64,000 nucleotides of DNA. It comes from Protoeuglena noctilucae (lineage: Eukaryota). The stretch spans positions 1,178,001-1,242,000 of the forward strand of contig OY253670.1 of assembly GCA_958009085.1 (NCBI GenBank), read 5' to 3'. A model generated the notes under the pieces. It saw nothing but the letters and a program-made list of their open reading frames with translations, was not told the origin of the DNA and searched no databases. The position numbers were made by a program, and so were the translations under genes. Below are positions 24,819 through 38,200 of the stretch, piece after piece; positions within the stretch are counted from its first letter, which is position 1, and each line of letters opens with the position of its first letter.

Positions 24819-25114
24819 TGGCGCAAAGGAGGGTGCGGGGCAAGAGCTGCCGTGTCTGTTGCTGTCGAGCGCTGAATGGGTGGCCTGTAGAGATAGCTTT
24901 TTGGTGGGCCATCCCAGTCCAAGAACGGACAGTGTGACGCTAGATGAGCACGGTTGCTTTGATACCCACGCCGTTCACATGCGCGTGATAGTCCCAATCG
25001 AACGCCGGACGCCGTCAACGAATGCGATCTTCGCATGGCGGGCACCCGCACCGGGTAGCCTCGACGCCCTCGCTCTTCCTGCCAAGTGCTGGCGCCCGTC
25101 TGTCGCCGCCGCCG

Positions 25115-27862
25115 TCACGAGTGAAGCTCTCCAACCGCTTTGCGCAGTGGCCCGAACTCTTCCACCACAACACGCATGGCCTCCATGGCCCCACGCGCCC
25201 GGGTCTCCAGCGCAGCGATCTGCTTCTCCAAGGCCCGTGCCTTGCGCTCCGTCTCCGCCGCCCGCGTCCGCTCGGCATCCGCAGCCGCACGCTCGGCGTC
25301 CAGGCCACGCTGCAGCGCCCGGACCTGCGTGCGACGGGGCTCTCTGCCTGTACTGCTGGCGGAGCTGGGCAGCAACGCCGGCATGTGCCCTGCGCCAATC
25401 ACAGCCCGTCGACCGTCCCCGGTCCATGAGACCCACCTTGTCCCGCAGCTCCTCTCCCTCTTGCGCCGCACGGTCCCGCTCCCTCCCCGCCGCGTCCCGC
25501 TCGCGCCTGGCCGCGTCGCGCTCCTTCCTGGCCGCCTCCGCGTCCGCCGCCGCCCGCGAGGCCTCCGCCGCCCTCGCCTTAGCCTCCCTCCGCGCGTCCT
25601 CCGCCTTCTTTTCTAAGTCCCGCCGCGCCGCCTCGCTCGCCTGCAGCTGCCGGTCCCGCTCAGACAGCTCCCGGGCCAGACGGGCCGCCTGCGAACAGGC
25701 TCGTGCTTCAGCTCTCAAGGGTCTCTTCACACGCGACATCTGCTTAGGCAACGTCATCTCAGCTCGAAGGACGGGCCCGGAGTGGTGACTGCATCCCTCG
25801 TGTGGCAAGCCCATGGGGGCCCCAGTTCCCCTGCCATCTCGGGTGTCGCTGGCCTCACACCACGCTGCAGCCCGACTCTGCCAGTCCTCACCTCCTTCTC
25901 CAGGTCCCCCTCTTTCCTGCTCGCCGCCCCCAGTTCGCTCCGCATGGCGTCCAGCTCAGCGACCACCTGGGGGTCCAACCCCGTGAGGGACTTGCGCGGC
26001 AGCGCCGACGGCCGACCCCGCCCGGCGCTCTTCGGCCGGGTCGATGCGGCCGCCTGCGATGGGACGGGGGCGCCACGTCGGCACGTCGAGTGGGACACAG
26101 GACCGAGGCTGCACCGCACGGGCAAGGTGCTGCATTCACGCCCCTGCCACTGCACCTTCTCAGCCCCTGCTCCGTGGCTGTCCTCCGCCGCAGCGCCCTC
26201 GGGAGACCTCTCCGCTGTCCCTGCGGCCCCGAACCTCTCGAGGAGCCCCACCCCTCGGTACTGAAGGGACTCGCCCGCCCCGGCGCGTCCCGCCAACCCC
26301 ACCACCCCCGCCCCCGTGCCTCCCACGCTGGCCCCCGCGGCTGCAGTCACGCCCTGCGACGCTCCGAGACCCTTGCCCTCCTCCGCGTTCCCGGCCGTGT
26401 CCGCCCCACCGTCCGTGGCGCCCCGCGACAACCACGCGTCAATGGGTGTCATCTCCTTCTTCCCCACCCGCGCCTTGGCCGGGGGCGTCCGCCCCGCGTT
26501 GAGCACAGCAGACGGGGCGTGCGCGGGACCCGCGGACTCGACGCCCTCACCGCCAGCAACACCCTTCTGGGGGGCGGGACACAGCGCGGGTGTTGGTGAA
26601 GGCAGGCGACCCAACGGCGGCAGCCACGAGCACATCCACAGCGCATGTCACCGGTGCGGTGCCCGTCCCGATCGGCTTCCTTCGGGGCGGCGCAGCCTTG
26701 CGAGGGTCCTTCCCCGCGTCCGGTCGCCCCGTGCGGTTGACCTCCCGCAGCGGCCGGCGGTCGTCGTCAGCGTCCGCCGGGGCGTCACTGTCGCCTAACT
26801 CGGCCTGGAGACGCTGCGTGGCGCGTGGCAGAGGGGTTGCTTGGTGAGCAGCGCGCATGGTAAGTCACATACTGAAGGCCACCTGACGGCACCTCAAAGT
26901 GCCACCCCACCTCGTAGTAGGACTTGCCGCCCCAGGCAGCGTGCAGGCGCTCCCGCAGCGTCCGCGTGTCCTCCTCGCGGCCGGCTGGCCCGGGTGTCCC
27001 GGAGGCCCCCGGCAGCAGGGCGTCCGCCGCCATGCTCAGCCCCTCCGTCAGAGACCGGATGCGGGCCACCTCCTCGTCCACGCCCGCCCGCGGGCCCAGC
27101 GTCTGTCGCCGCGCCGGCCTTCGCCCGCGCCCCGCCTCCTCCTCCTCGTCCCTCGGAGCAACCCCAGGTGCAATCGTCTGCCGCCGCGCCACCCGGCCCT
27201 TCACCGCCGTGGGCACGTAGTCGTCCTCCTCGCCCGACTCCCCGGCCTCCCTCTTCCGCGACTGCGCGGCGGGCGTGTCGATGCCCTCCAGAGCCTCCTG
27301 CGCGAGAGGGACAGCACCCGTGCGTCAGGGAATGACGATGCCACAGAGGGAGCGCAGCGAGAGCTGCGGCCGGGCCTCGCCTCGATGTCCCCGGCAAACC
27401 AGTCCCCGAATCGCTGCACGCCGATCGTCTTCCGCCGCTGCTTGCGCGCCCGTGGGGACACGGACGAGACGCCCGCCCCGCAGTCCTCCGTTCCGAGCTG
27501 CCCCTCGCGGACGTCTTCGACATCGCCGCCCGCCGGGCGAGCCTTGCTCGCATCCCCCGCGTCTCCCTTGCGCTTGGGGATCTTCAGGCTGCTCCCCCAG
27601 CCGTCCACGCCCACTTGAGAGAGGCCCTGCTGACAACGGGGCCCGGGCGCGCGTCTGGATCCCGACGAGCTCGCAGCCGATCACGAGGAACACAATTAGA
27701 TCGATGCTTATCAGGGAGACGTGCGTGGCGCTGCTTGCGCGGCGCAGGGGTCGCAGGAGCGTCGGGTCCGGACGCTACCGCCGTGAGGCAGCTCGCCTTG
27801 GCCATCTTGCTGGGAGTCACTGCACCCGGAATCTTCACGCCGTAGTCCTTCTCCTTGCGCAT
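25115..27862 (-). CDS. Uncharacterised low-complexity protein with C-terminal coiled coil
   Basis: Spliced exons (GC-AG intron 27298-27380) lead to an E/R/A-rich heptad region ending AMRVVVEEFGPLRKAVGELHS*. Start is uncertain. Confidence 0.55.
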
Positions 27863-28220
27863 GGCGGCACGCGACCTCGCCAGCGGGGCGGCGGGCAGGG
27901 GCCCGAAACGTATGAATGGGCCCGGAGCGTGCCCGGCCGACAGGAGGCTATAACCGCCTCACCGTGGGTTGCGATTGCCCCGTTCGAACCGTTCGGCAGC
28001 GAGTCGTGTTCCATTAAATGCTCCCACCGCTGTCAGGCAGGGCGGTCCCGGGTCCGACAGTCCGACCAGCCAGGTGCTTCGGCGGGGGTGCGATGGCGAC
28101 AATCTCATTCGTTTGCTTGGCAGAAAGCAGTGCGCCGTCGCCAGCGTACGCAGGACCAAGGAGAGGCCGCGTTTTCCCCGCTCGCGGATAGCCGGCCGGT
28201 AGATCTTCCGGCGCGGCAGG

Positions 28221-29833
28221 ATGGTTCGGAGGAAGAAGAGGAAGGAAGAGGAGGACCGCAAGCCCTTCTGCTACTACTGCGACCGGTGCGGAGCTTCCAG
28301 ACGCGCTTCCTGCGAGCGAGCCGCGCGAGCGGTCGCAGGACTGCGCTCGCCAACTGCATTTGGCTGGTAGCATCCCGCTGGGGCGCCGGGGAGCCTCAGG
28401 AGACGCGCAGGCCCTCCTTCTTGCCTCTGCAGGGAGTTCGTGGACGAGCAGGTGCTGCTCACGCACCAGAAGAGCCGGCATTTCAAGTGCGAGGTGTGCA
28501 ACAAGAAGCTGCATTCGGCGGGCGGGTTGCGGGTTCACTGCAAAAATGTCCACCAGGCGAGTGCGCGCCCTCGGCCGCCCCTGCGCCGGCCCCGGGCGTC
28601 CGCCGTCCCTCGTACGGGTTTGTTGATTGCCAAACTCCCGATCTCGCCCAGCTCCGTCGCAGATGGACGTGGTCTCGGTCCCCGCGTCCATCATCGGGCG
28701 CGACTCGATCTACGTCGAGGTGGTGGGCATGAACGGCATCCCAGGTGACGCGCGAGCGCTGCATCGGCTGCTGTAGGTGCCGTGCCACGCGCCGGAGAAA
28801 CGACGAGGCGATTGCGTGCCCTGGGCGCAGACGCTGTGCTGCGGGAGCACTACGAGGGAGAGGCCGCCCCCTCCGCCAAGGTGACGAGCCGTGATCGGCG
28901 TCGGCGACCCCGCGATACGCAGCTGTAGTGAACCCCGCTCACCCCAGCCCCTCGGCCCCGTCGGATGCAGAAGCAGGCCACGGGGAACGAGCCTGCCGGC
29001 ATGGCCGACCCCGCCGTGGCAGCAGCCGCAGCCGCAGCCGCCGCCGCCGCTGCGGCTGCGGCCCCGTACGGCTACGCGGGGTATCCTCCCTACGCCCCCC
29101 CGGGTTACTACCCACCGGCTGCCCCGGGTGGCTACGCGCCACCGCCCCCCTACGGTGGTTACAGGCCCCCGCCCCCGCAAGGGTACGCGGCCCCCCCGCC
29201 GTACGCCCCGCCGGCGTCGCGGCCCCTCTTCGCGGCTGGCGCGCCCCCGCCCGCGCGGCCCCCGCCGCCGTCCTCGTACGGCCCCCCGCCAACCAGCTAC
29301 GCGCCCCCGCCGACCAGCTACGCGCCCCCGCCGCAACCCGTCTCGTCGGCGCCGCCGCCGGCTCAGACCTACTCGGCGCAGCCGCAGACGACCTACTCGG
29401 CGCCCGCGCAGTCCTACTCGACCCAGCCGCCGGCCACCTACGGAGCCCCGGCACAGAACTACGCCCCCCCGCCGGCAAGTGGCCCGCCGCCTGCCACGGG
29501 GTACGCCCCTCAAGTGCCGCCGGCCGTGGGCGCGACCCCACCCGCAGGGCCTCCGCCACCCGGCGGCGCCGCGCCGCGTCCTCCCCCGGCGGGGCCCCCC
29601 CCGGCGTCATACACACCCTACGCGCCCCCGCCCACGTCCACCGCACCCCCTCCGGCGTCCTACTCACACCCTACGCGCCCCCGCCCACGTCCACCGCACC
29701 CCCTCCGGCGTCCTACTCGTCCTGGAACGCCTCTCCACCGGCTGGCGGGCCCTACGGCGGACCGCCGCACCCTCCGGCTCCCGCTGGCAACGCGGTACCC
29801 ACTTCCGCTCCCCCTGGCGCGGGCTACCCGTGA
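28221..29833 (+). CDS. ZNF207: BuGZ/ZNF207/SUF4-family zinc-finger protein; tail frameshifted by a 53-bp duplication
   Basis: KPFCYYCDR|EFVDEQVLLTHQKSRHFKCEVCNKKLHSAGGLRVHCKNVHQ|...GRDSIYVEVVGMNGIP, followed by a P/Y/A-rich tail. Confidence 0.9.
29613..29718. repeat. Exact 53-bp tandem duplication within coding sequence
   Basis: acaccctacgcgcccccgcccacgtccaccgcaccccctccggcgtcctactc occurs at 29613-29665 and again at 29666-29718. Confidence 0.95.
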
Positions 29834-30668
29834 GGGGGCGGCAAGCAGGTGCGCCGATGACAGGACTGTGGTTTGAGCGGCCTGGTGCTCGAGTCGAGGT
29901 GCGCGGGGTCTGGCGGGGCTCGTGAGTGGGGACAGCGACTCTCGAGGTGGGCAATCTGGGGTGCGGGGTGGACGGCCGAGGTGGGGTGGGGTGGTTTGGA
30001 TCGGATTGGGAGGGCGGCGAGGTGCGGCAGAGCTGCAGATGAGGCCGGTGGGCCTTGGCGTGTCGTGCCGTGGAGTTCAAGGAGAGGTGGGCTGGGTGGG
30101 TGCACAATGGTGGCTGTAGCGGGGTTTGGCAGAGCGCGGGTGGGTGGCGGGCAAGAGGAGTGGGAGGGCTGTCGCAACTTACGAAGGCAAGGACCCTCGA
30201 GTGGCCAGTTGACACGTCGAATAGACGGCCTTAGACCCAGACTTGTGCCTCTGAAGAGTGCTGCGGTAGCGCATCCCAGGTGTGGGGCGGTTGCAGGGTG
30301 GGAACGAGCGCTAGGTGAGGCCCGGTGAGGTCCACTGGATTGCATCGCTGCGCCAGAGCGTGTGAAGGTGACAGGTTGTTGAAGCGTCGTCGCCGGCACT
30401 CAGCATTCAAGTCTAGTCTGTAGGCACGTCCCCTGCGTGGGATACTGTCCCACTTGTAGAGGGGTCGAACGAAAGTTGCAAGATGATGAAATGGACTACA
30501 GAGGCAGCACTCGTGGCGCCTTGCCACACCAAGCCGCCTGTGACGCTCCTCCCTTGCTGCGCGTCATCTGCGGCACGTAGTGTGTTGAAACGCATGAGAG
30601 ATGCATAGCCAGACGCGCAGAGGGCGCACCGCGGCGGAAGGGCACACACACCCACCCCGCCCAGCCCC

Positions 30669-31101
30669 CTACTCGTCCGATCCCGCGCCCTGGACGTTCA
30701 GCCCGGCCTTCTTGACCTCCTCTGCGAGCAGAGTCGAGGGTGACGCAGCGTGGCGGCAGAAAGGAGCGTTTGGCGCGCGAGGCTGGGCGGGCCGGGCACC
30801 TCGCCACGCGCACCACGCTGGCTCGCGCTCTGCGGGGTTCGGCGGGCCGCGCCAGGCGCTCACCGTAGTACTGGCGCGCCTGCCGATCGCGGACGGCGTA
30901 CTGGTGGACCGTCTGCTCCCGGAAGAGGGTGAAGTACTTGCTCGTCTCCGCGAAGAAGAAGCCCCACACCAGCGCCATGGCCGGGTACATGTAAGGCCGC
31001 CGCGTCCAGGGCTCAAAGCGCATCTTCTTTGCCCAGGCCTCCGTCAACACCCCGAAGGTCGCGCCCAGCGTCCCCGCACTGAAGTTGTCGTAGAGCCCCA
31101 T
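30669..31101 (-). CDS. Mitochondrial complex I subunit B14.5b/NDUFC2-like
   Basis: Small 2-TM protein MGLYDNFSAGTLGATFGVLTEAWAKKMRFEPWTRRPYMYPAMALVWG resembles plant B14.5b. One intron. Confidence 0.65.
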
Positions 31102-31663
31102 GTCTCCCGCCCGTGCAACAGCAGGGCAGCGCCCGTCGAGTCCCCAGGCGCGCCCGCCTGAACCTGCCATGCCGCGGGGCGGGCCGCGGCACCGCAGAGA
31201 AGCGTCCCAGGTCCCGTCCGACTGCTTGAAACCGCGGACGCCCCGGCGCACAGGGGCTCCGTCTTCGGCGTGGCGGCGCCCCCGTCGCGGCCCTCTTCGT
31301 CAAGTTTATACCGGGAGGTGTGAGAAGGTGACAGGGCGGCACGCGCGTGGCGGGGGACGAGGAGGCGGCAGGCTCGGCAGCGGTGTCGCGCCTGGGCCGG
31401 CTCGCTGCCCAGAGTGGCATCGCGATGATGGGGTGGTCGCGTCGGCTTGCCCAGCCCGGCTGCTCGTCGCGCCCGCTTGGGTCCCGCGCCGGTGCTGGCC
31501 CCGGAGATGGGCACGGACGCCTCGCGCGATGCTCCGGGACACCTCCGCTTACTAGTTCGAGCGGTGCGGCGCCTGGGAGCGCTGGGACGCGACGCGCGAC
31601 GCGAGCGACCCCCGCCGCGCTCGCAGGGTACGGAAGGGACCCTGCTGTGGATGGTGGAGGACC

Positions 31664-32367
31664 ATGGTGCTTAAGTGAGTTCGCGCGGAGGGACCTGGCG
31701 CGCTGCCTGGCCCTGGATGCGACGCGGGGCCGGCCAGTCGGGCGGAGGGTCGGGGGGGCCTCCGCCTGCCCCGGACGCGCGTGCCGCGGTGTCTTTCGCG
31801 CGTCATTTGACTTGACGGGTCTCAGGGCAGGCGCGCGGGCGCGGCTGGGGCCCTGACGGGTGCCACGGCCTGCCCGAGCTCGCAGGACGAGCAAGTGCCG
31901 GTTCTCCGGCCTCAAGATCTACCCGGGCCACGGCATTCTGTGCGTCCGCAACGACGGCCATGTGTACCTGTTCCTGAACGGGAAGGTGAACTCGCTCTTC
32001 CACCAGAAGAAGAAGCCCGCCAAGCTCGCCTGGACGGCCATGTACCGCCGCGCTCACCGCAAGGACCAGACCGAGCTGACGACGAGGCGCAAGCGGGTCA
32101 AGACGAACGCCCGCGCCACCCGCACCTTCACCTCCATGGGCGGGGACGTCATCAAGGCGCACCGGTGCGGCCGGCTGCCCGCCGCGACCGCCGCCGCCGC
32201 CGCCTCGCCGCCCCGGAGCGCGTCGTCACGGTGCCCTTCTCTTGACACGCTCGCGGACGCGCGCCCGCCGCCGCAGGTCGAAGACGCAGGACGAGAAGAA
32301 GGCCAGCCGCGAGGCGGCCGTCCGGGAGATCAAGCAGCGCAAGGCCAAGTCTGCCGGCCGCAAGTGA
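31664..32367 (+). CDS. RPL24: 60S ribosomal protein eL24
   Basis: MVLK|TSKCRFSGLKIYPGHG...YLFLNGK...KPAKLAWTAMYRRAHRKD. Two GT-AG introns. Confidence 0.95.
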
Positions 32368-32661
32368 ATCCGTCGAGCCGGCTGCGGTAGCGACTCGCTT
32401 GCGCGGCAGGCACCCGCGGACCTGCCAGCGAGCATGGGAGTCGACGCGGCCAGCATGAGGGACTCTGCTTGAAAGCCTCTTGTTACACTCTAACGGTGGC
32501 TCCTCGCGAGCCACCATGGTATCGAGCACACGCTCGCTAGACGGCCCACCCAGGCACCGCATAGCACCACAGTGCTCGCGGCCACGACCCTATCAGCACC
32601 ATGGCAGCTGCGGGAAGCTGGGTCACTGCACCACCCATACACCTCTTGCACTACAGTACTG

Positions 32662-34817
32662 TCATCGATGCACCTCCGTGGCCATCATGCGCTTCCACTG
32701 CTCGCGGTCTGCGGGCTGCACCAAGCCGTCCTCCACCATCATCAGTTGGTACAGGGGCTTGACGAGGCTGTACACGGGGCGCTTGATCAGGCGCTTCCAC
32801 CCGTGCCTGCGAGTCAGCGCGGCGAGGGGCGGGTCAGCCCGACGCGAGGTGCCCCCTAGGGGATGACGTCGACAGGCCACCCATGGGTGATATCACTGCC
32901 AGCAGAACCACACCTGTTCTGCAGAGCCTCGACCATGACGCGGGTCGGGACGACCGGATCGAGAAGCAAGAGGTTGTAGCTCTCGCCCCACGTGCCGATG
33001 TGCTTCTCGATGCCCACGATGGTCCGGGAGTGGCCCTCGTGCTGGAAGTACAGCGGAGGGCGCGACGTGACTGTCACGGGGCTGGGCGACAGCGCCCCGA
33101 ACGCGCCCTGGCCCGCGTTGGCGTCCTGCGAGCAGTGGGAGGCTCCTCTGAACGCTGCCCACGTGACCGTCCCGTGGCAAGTGCGAGGATGGCCAGCCAG
33201 CGCACGACGCTGTGCTCGCTGCACCCATCGCTCCACCGCCATGCGCTTGTCGCGCTTGCCACCAGCAAAGGGGAGGGAATGAAGATAGAACTGCCAGCTG
33301 ACCCCCCTCACCGGAGGCGCGCCGTGGGCGAAGTAGTCCCACACCCATCGGATCAACGCCTGGTGCCTGTGCTCCTTCCGCTCGATCCTCCTCTTGTCCC
33401 GCAGCAACGACTCCTCCCGCGGCCGCTTCTTCGCCGCACCATCGCCCTCGTCACCGGTTGAGTTCCCGCCAGAGTCGCCCGCGTCGCCCTTCTTGCCTAA
33501 GAAGTCGATGATGTGCGCACGCACTCCGAACGCCCGCAGGACCGTCGCGGCGTCCGTCGACCCGATCCATTTCCTGCATTGTAACAGCGCTGGCCTGGCC
33601 TCAAGCACCAGCACGGCTTGGCCCACGCTGTGAGCAAACGAGCGTCTGTGCGCTCACCCGACTTCGCCCGCGTGCCCCGCCTCCGTCGCCACGGCCTGCA
33701 CCCTACCGTCCAACTGCCGGCAGCCCTCCAGGTCGTATCCCTGGCGCCACGCCCACTCCAGCCACAGCTGCAAGCTCGCCACGTCCGGAGGCGCACCCAG
33801 CCCCGCGAACAGCGCCTGGCGGTATTCACCACCCCGGCGCAGCAGGTGCCACGTCGTCATCTGCAGGTTGCGCCACCCGCAGCCCCAGCCCATGTCGGTC
33901 CGCGCGCTGCAAATGTGCTGCGCACTCGCACAAAGGTAGGCCCGCCCCCAAATCCCGGGCTGCGACTCCAGGCACTGCTTCAGCGCCGGGACGACGCCAT
34001 CCGAGGGCAGCGACGGGTCCACCCAGCACGGTCTCTGCTGAGCACGCGGCCACGCTTTCGGTCCCACGCAACGCAGCCAGGCCGCAGCCACCACGCGGCT
34101 CGCCCCGGCCACAAAGACGGACCTGCACGGACTTGATGACGCCGACGTCACTGGAGTCCAAGAGCCGTGTCCTGGCCACCGCCTCGTCCGCCCCCTCCCC
34201 GTGGTCCCAGGCCGACGGAGCTGCCAGGGGACACTGGGCCGCCCAGTGGCCAGGCTTCCCGCACCGATAGCATCGGCCGGTCCTGCGCTTTGGCGCCGCG
34301 GGCGCGCTGTCCGAAGGGACCCACGTGGTGCCCGCTTCAGTTGCAGCGTCCTCACGCTCGAATGCCAGCTGCAGGAGAGGGTTACGAGGGACGCCCTGGC
34401 GCACTTGGCGCAGAAGTCGTAGCATATATGGGCCAGGCGCTGAAACGCGCTCGCAGTTCGACGAAAACATTGGTAATGATTGCGGTCGTGCCGCAGGCGG
34501 CCCCACTTCAGCTCATGTGCTGCACCGCGACGCACAAGCAGGGACAGAGGGCTCACCTGGTGCTGGAGCTCGTGCGTCCCCGCCTCCGACGTCAGGACGA
34601 GTTCGCTGCACAGCGAGCACGGAAAGTACACCCCCTCGCCGGCGCCCTCATCTAGGGGCCCGGAGGTCGAGTGCGGCAGGACCTGGCTGACCACTGCTAC
34701 ACATCGGCCAGAATCGCTGGTCTCGGGGTCCGACGTGAGATCAATCACGGCCTGCGATCGGCCATCTGCGCTGCCTGGGGGAAGCGGCGCCGGGACGGGC
34801 CGAACTCGACGCTTCAT
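32662..34817 (-). CDS. ZUP1: ZUP1/ZUFSP (Mug105-like) peptidase C78 deubiquitinase with zinc fingers
   Basis: DMGWGCGWRNLQM (catalytic Cys), WIGSTD, PPLYFQHEGHSRTIVGIE and LLLLDP. N-terminal CxxC..H..H finger and CCHC knuckle. Start is uncertain. Confidence 0.88.
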
Positions 34818-35214
34818 CGCATCTCCCTGAACGCGTAGGCTGCAGGTCGGATCGGAGCGCTCGGCAGGCGTCATCCTGCAGTGCCGTTGCCCATCCACAG
34901 CATGGGGGAGTCAATGCTGGCCTGCTAATGATACACTCGCTGCCTAGAGCTCATATGGGAACATAGCACGTGTTAAGGAACGAAATACTGGGATCCCCTC
35001 AGGTCTCAACAGCTCAAACAGGCCCAAAACTGGCGGTGCCAGTGCAGGTGGTGCCCTGGTGATATCGACGGGTCCATGGGTCCGCGGAGCATTCCCATCG
35101 CTTTGTCTGCGATGACCTTGACAGCGTGGTGGTCCTAGCTTGCGCCAGACAGCTCATGCAACAGTCCCCCAAGCTCAGCGCCTGACCCGGCGGGCCGCTC
35201 GCTTCATCGAGGCG

Positions 35215-38200
35215 ATGGTCAGCGCCAAACATCATAACGTGGAAGGGGGTGGCGTGGGCATCTCGTCCGCCCTGGCTGAGGGCGCGGTCGCGATTCCCTC
35301 CCAAGCAGGCATGTGTCGCTCATTTGCGGCCACTTCCGCTGCGATATCGCCGCCCAACCGTGCTGACCAAGACCATTGCTTTCTCATTAGCGACAGGGCT
35401 TCCCTGCCTAGCATGTTGGGGCTCGCACGCGGTCCCACGCGACCCGACTCTGGACCTGTCCTCCCGCAGACCCCCTGAGCCCCGAACAAGTGAAGAAGCG
35501 CGCCCAGGATGTTACCGCGGAGGACATCCGAAACGCCTGCAAACGGCTGGGCATCGACCCGGTCTACGACGCGGGCCTGGACTACATCGTGGACGAGTTC
35601 CTCGCCGTGCAGCTCCCGAGGGTGCGCGCGGCGCCGGCGGGGCTGGCTTCAGGGTCTCTTGATGTGTACTAATCGCGCACGGTCGTGCGTAAGCTGTCTT
35701 TTCAGCGGGGCCCCGAGTCGCATGCACGCATGAGCCACGCCCGCCCTCTCGGTGCCCCCAGGGATGGCAGCGCTTCAAGGACCCCAACGGTCGCGAGTAT
35801 TACTACAACAAGACCACCAAGGTCACCCAGTGGCAGCATCCGCTGGAGGAGTACTACCGCTCAGTGGTCTTCATGCAAAAGGTGGGCAAGCTCGCACGCC
35901 TCAGTCCCTCATGTGCGGGCGACTTGAGAATGGCCTTGCGAAACCACACCTGCCTCTCGACACCTCTGAAGCTGTCCACGGCGCTTACAAAGCCCCTCAT
36001 CGCCACCCGTACTGTCCCTGTTTGCTTCCCCTCAGGAAGGGTCCAAGATGCTCCTGGAGGCCGCAGCCCGCAACCCTCCCTCTCCCCTCGAGGCTCGTGA
36101 CATGGCCATCTACCTGGGCATCGACCTCGCCAAGGAGCCCTTCCTGGTCGACGTTGCCAAGGTGACACACGGCCACACCTCACTTGATCACTGCATCGCC
36201 CTCGCCTGCCAAGGTGACACACTGACGCCCTCACTTGATTACTCCATCACCCTCGCCTTCCATGGTGCCATCCTTCACCCGAGAAGTCTTCAGAGAGACC
36301 CGCTCGCTGTGTCCCGCGATCTCGTTGTCCCGCTCACCGCCCCCCCCAGGCCGCGGTCAACGCCCCCCTGCCTCCCCACTGGGAGGAGTACGAGGACAAC
36401 GACGGCACGTCCCGCTTCTTCAACACCGAGAGCAAGCAGGAGACCACGACGCACCCGCTCGACGGCTACTTCCTCGAGCTCAGCAAGCGCGTGCGGCTGC
36501 AGAAGAACATGGAGGGCCGGCGGGGCTCGTCGGTGGCCAAGTGGTACCGATTCCACGAGTGCGCGTCCCTGCCCGACGCCGGCCACGCGCCGTACCCCTG
36601 GGGCGAGTTCGTGGACCTGACGCAGGGCCGCGTGTACTACTTCAACTACCAGACGAACGAGGTGTCCTGGCACCACCCGGGGCCGCTCGTGCGGCAGCAG
36701 ATCCGAGAGGCCGCGGCCGCTTGCATCCAGGCGAGAGGGGGCTGGGAGCTGGGGACAGTCGTGGGCGAGTGGGACACTGGGAGGTGGACTGTGGTGGGCG
36801 ATTGTACTATGGCACTGTTGACGGCCGTACGGGTGACATGGGTGCATGGACATGAGACATGAGACGGAGAGGACGTGACTCGCATGGGACTGTGACTGCG
36901 ACTGTGACTGTGACTAACCCCGTCACTGTCCCCCCAGGCGGCGTTTAAGGGGTTCCGGTACCGCAAGGCCCGCAAGCTGGCGGGGCAGCTGTGGAAGGTG
37001 GAGGCGACGGAGGACGCAGTGAAGAAGGCCAAGGAAGCGAAAGGGAAGGAGGCGAGAAAGCGGATCAAGGAGAGCGAGGGGCAGCGGAAGGCGGCGGCGG
37101 CCACGGAGATCCAACGACGGTGGCGGGGGCACGTGGCGCGGCGGGACCTGCGCAGCCGCAGGCGGCGGGCAGCGGCCGTGCGGCTGCAGTGCTGGTGGCG
37201 CGGGGTGCTGGCGCGGCGGGCGACGGCCTGGCTGAGCGCCAACGCCGTCCCGGTCCTGTCGGTCCCGCCCCCCAAGTATGCCCTCGGCCCCATGCCCCTC
37301 CACCGCCACCCGGCCGCCCCCGCCCGCCTCGCCGCCGTCGTCCGCGCGGCCTTGGCGCCCGTCGAGGCCTTCCTGGCCGACTGCGGGTGAGCGTGGAGAG
37401 TGGAAGGGTGGCGGGGTTAGGGTGACACTTTTAGCTGCTTCACCCAAAGTGTGACATGCAACCGCACGCACCACTCGCACCTGCCTTGCACCAACACCCG
37501 CCCTTGGCATGCACCCACACCCGCCGCCTCTCCCAACACACGTCCCCTTCCCACTTCGCCCCCAGCAAGCCCCTGGACCTGCCCAAGCCCGAGTCGGGAG
37601 TGGCGATCCTCCCCAGAAGCCGCATGCCTCCGTACCGCGTGACCTTGGGCGCAGCGGATGTGAGCGCAAAGGCGGCGCCCGAGGCTGTGATAGTGCCTTT
37701 GGAGGGACAGGAGGGGCAGCTGGCGGGGGCAAGGAGGCAGGGCAGCGTGGTCGTTAGCGCGAGGGAGGGGGCGGGGGAGGCGGCACGCGAGGGAGGGGCG
37801 GAGGGTGCGGGCACAGAGGGAGCGGGTGTGGAGTGTACAGAGGGTGCGGGTGCGGAGGGTGCGGGTGGCGAGGCGGGGGAGGGCGCAGAGTCCCCCAACC
37901 GTGGCCCGTCAGAGCCGGAGCGGTCCTCGTCTGCGGCCGAGGGGGCGCGTGGGTTCCGCGGGGAGGTGGCCAGAAAGCACGCGGAGGCGAGGAGGCAGGA
38001 GCTGGCTGAAGCGAGGAAGGCGCAGGTGAGGCGTGGGCGGGGCTGAGTACGCGTGCACTGTGACGCAGCGGGGTCAGGTGAGGCGGCGTTGAGGGGTATA
38101 TTTCTGTCTGCTTGGTGCTGGACTGAGTAGCGGCACTCGGCACTGCATTGCACTGCGCTTCTACACTGCGTTGCATAGCTGGCCCTCGCCTTGGTGTCTG

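Noticed and set aside
32157..32165. Possible GC donor in RPL24 (AAG|GCGCAC)
   Set aside because: The nearby GT donor (CG|GTGCGG) gives the correct frame.
36155..36267. Repeat resembling a CRISPR array or introner element
   Set aside because: Contiguous tandem units with no spacers in a eukaryotic intron; no similar copies seen in other introns.
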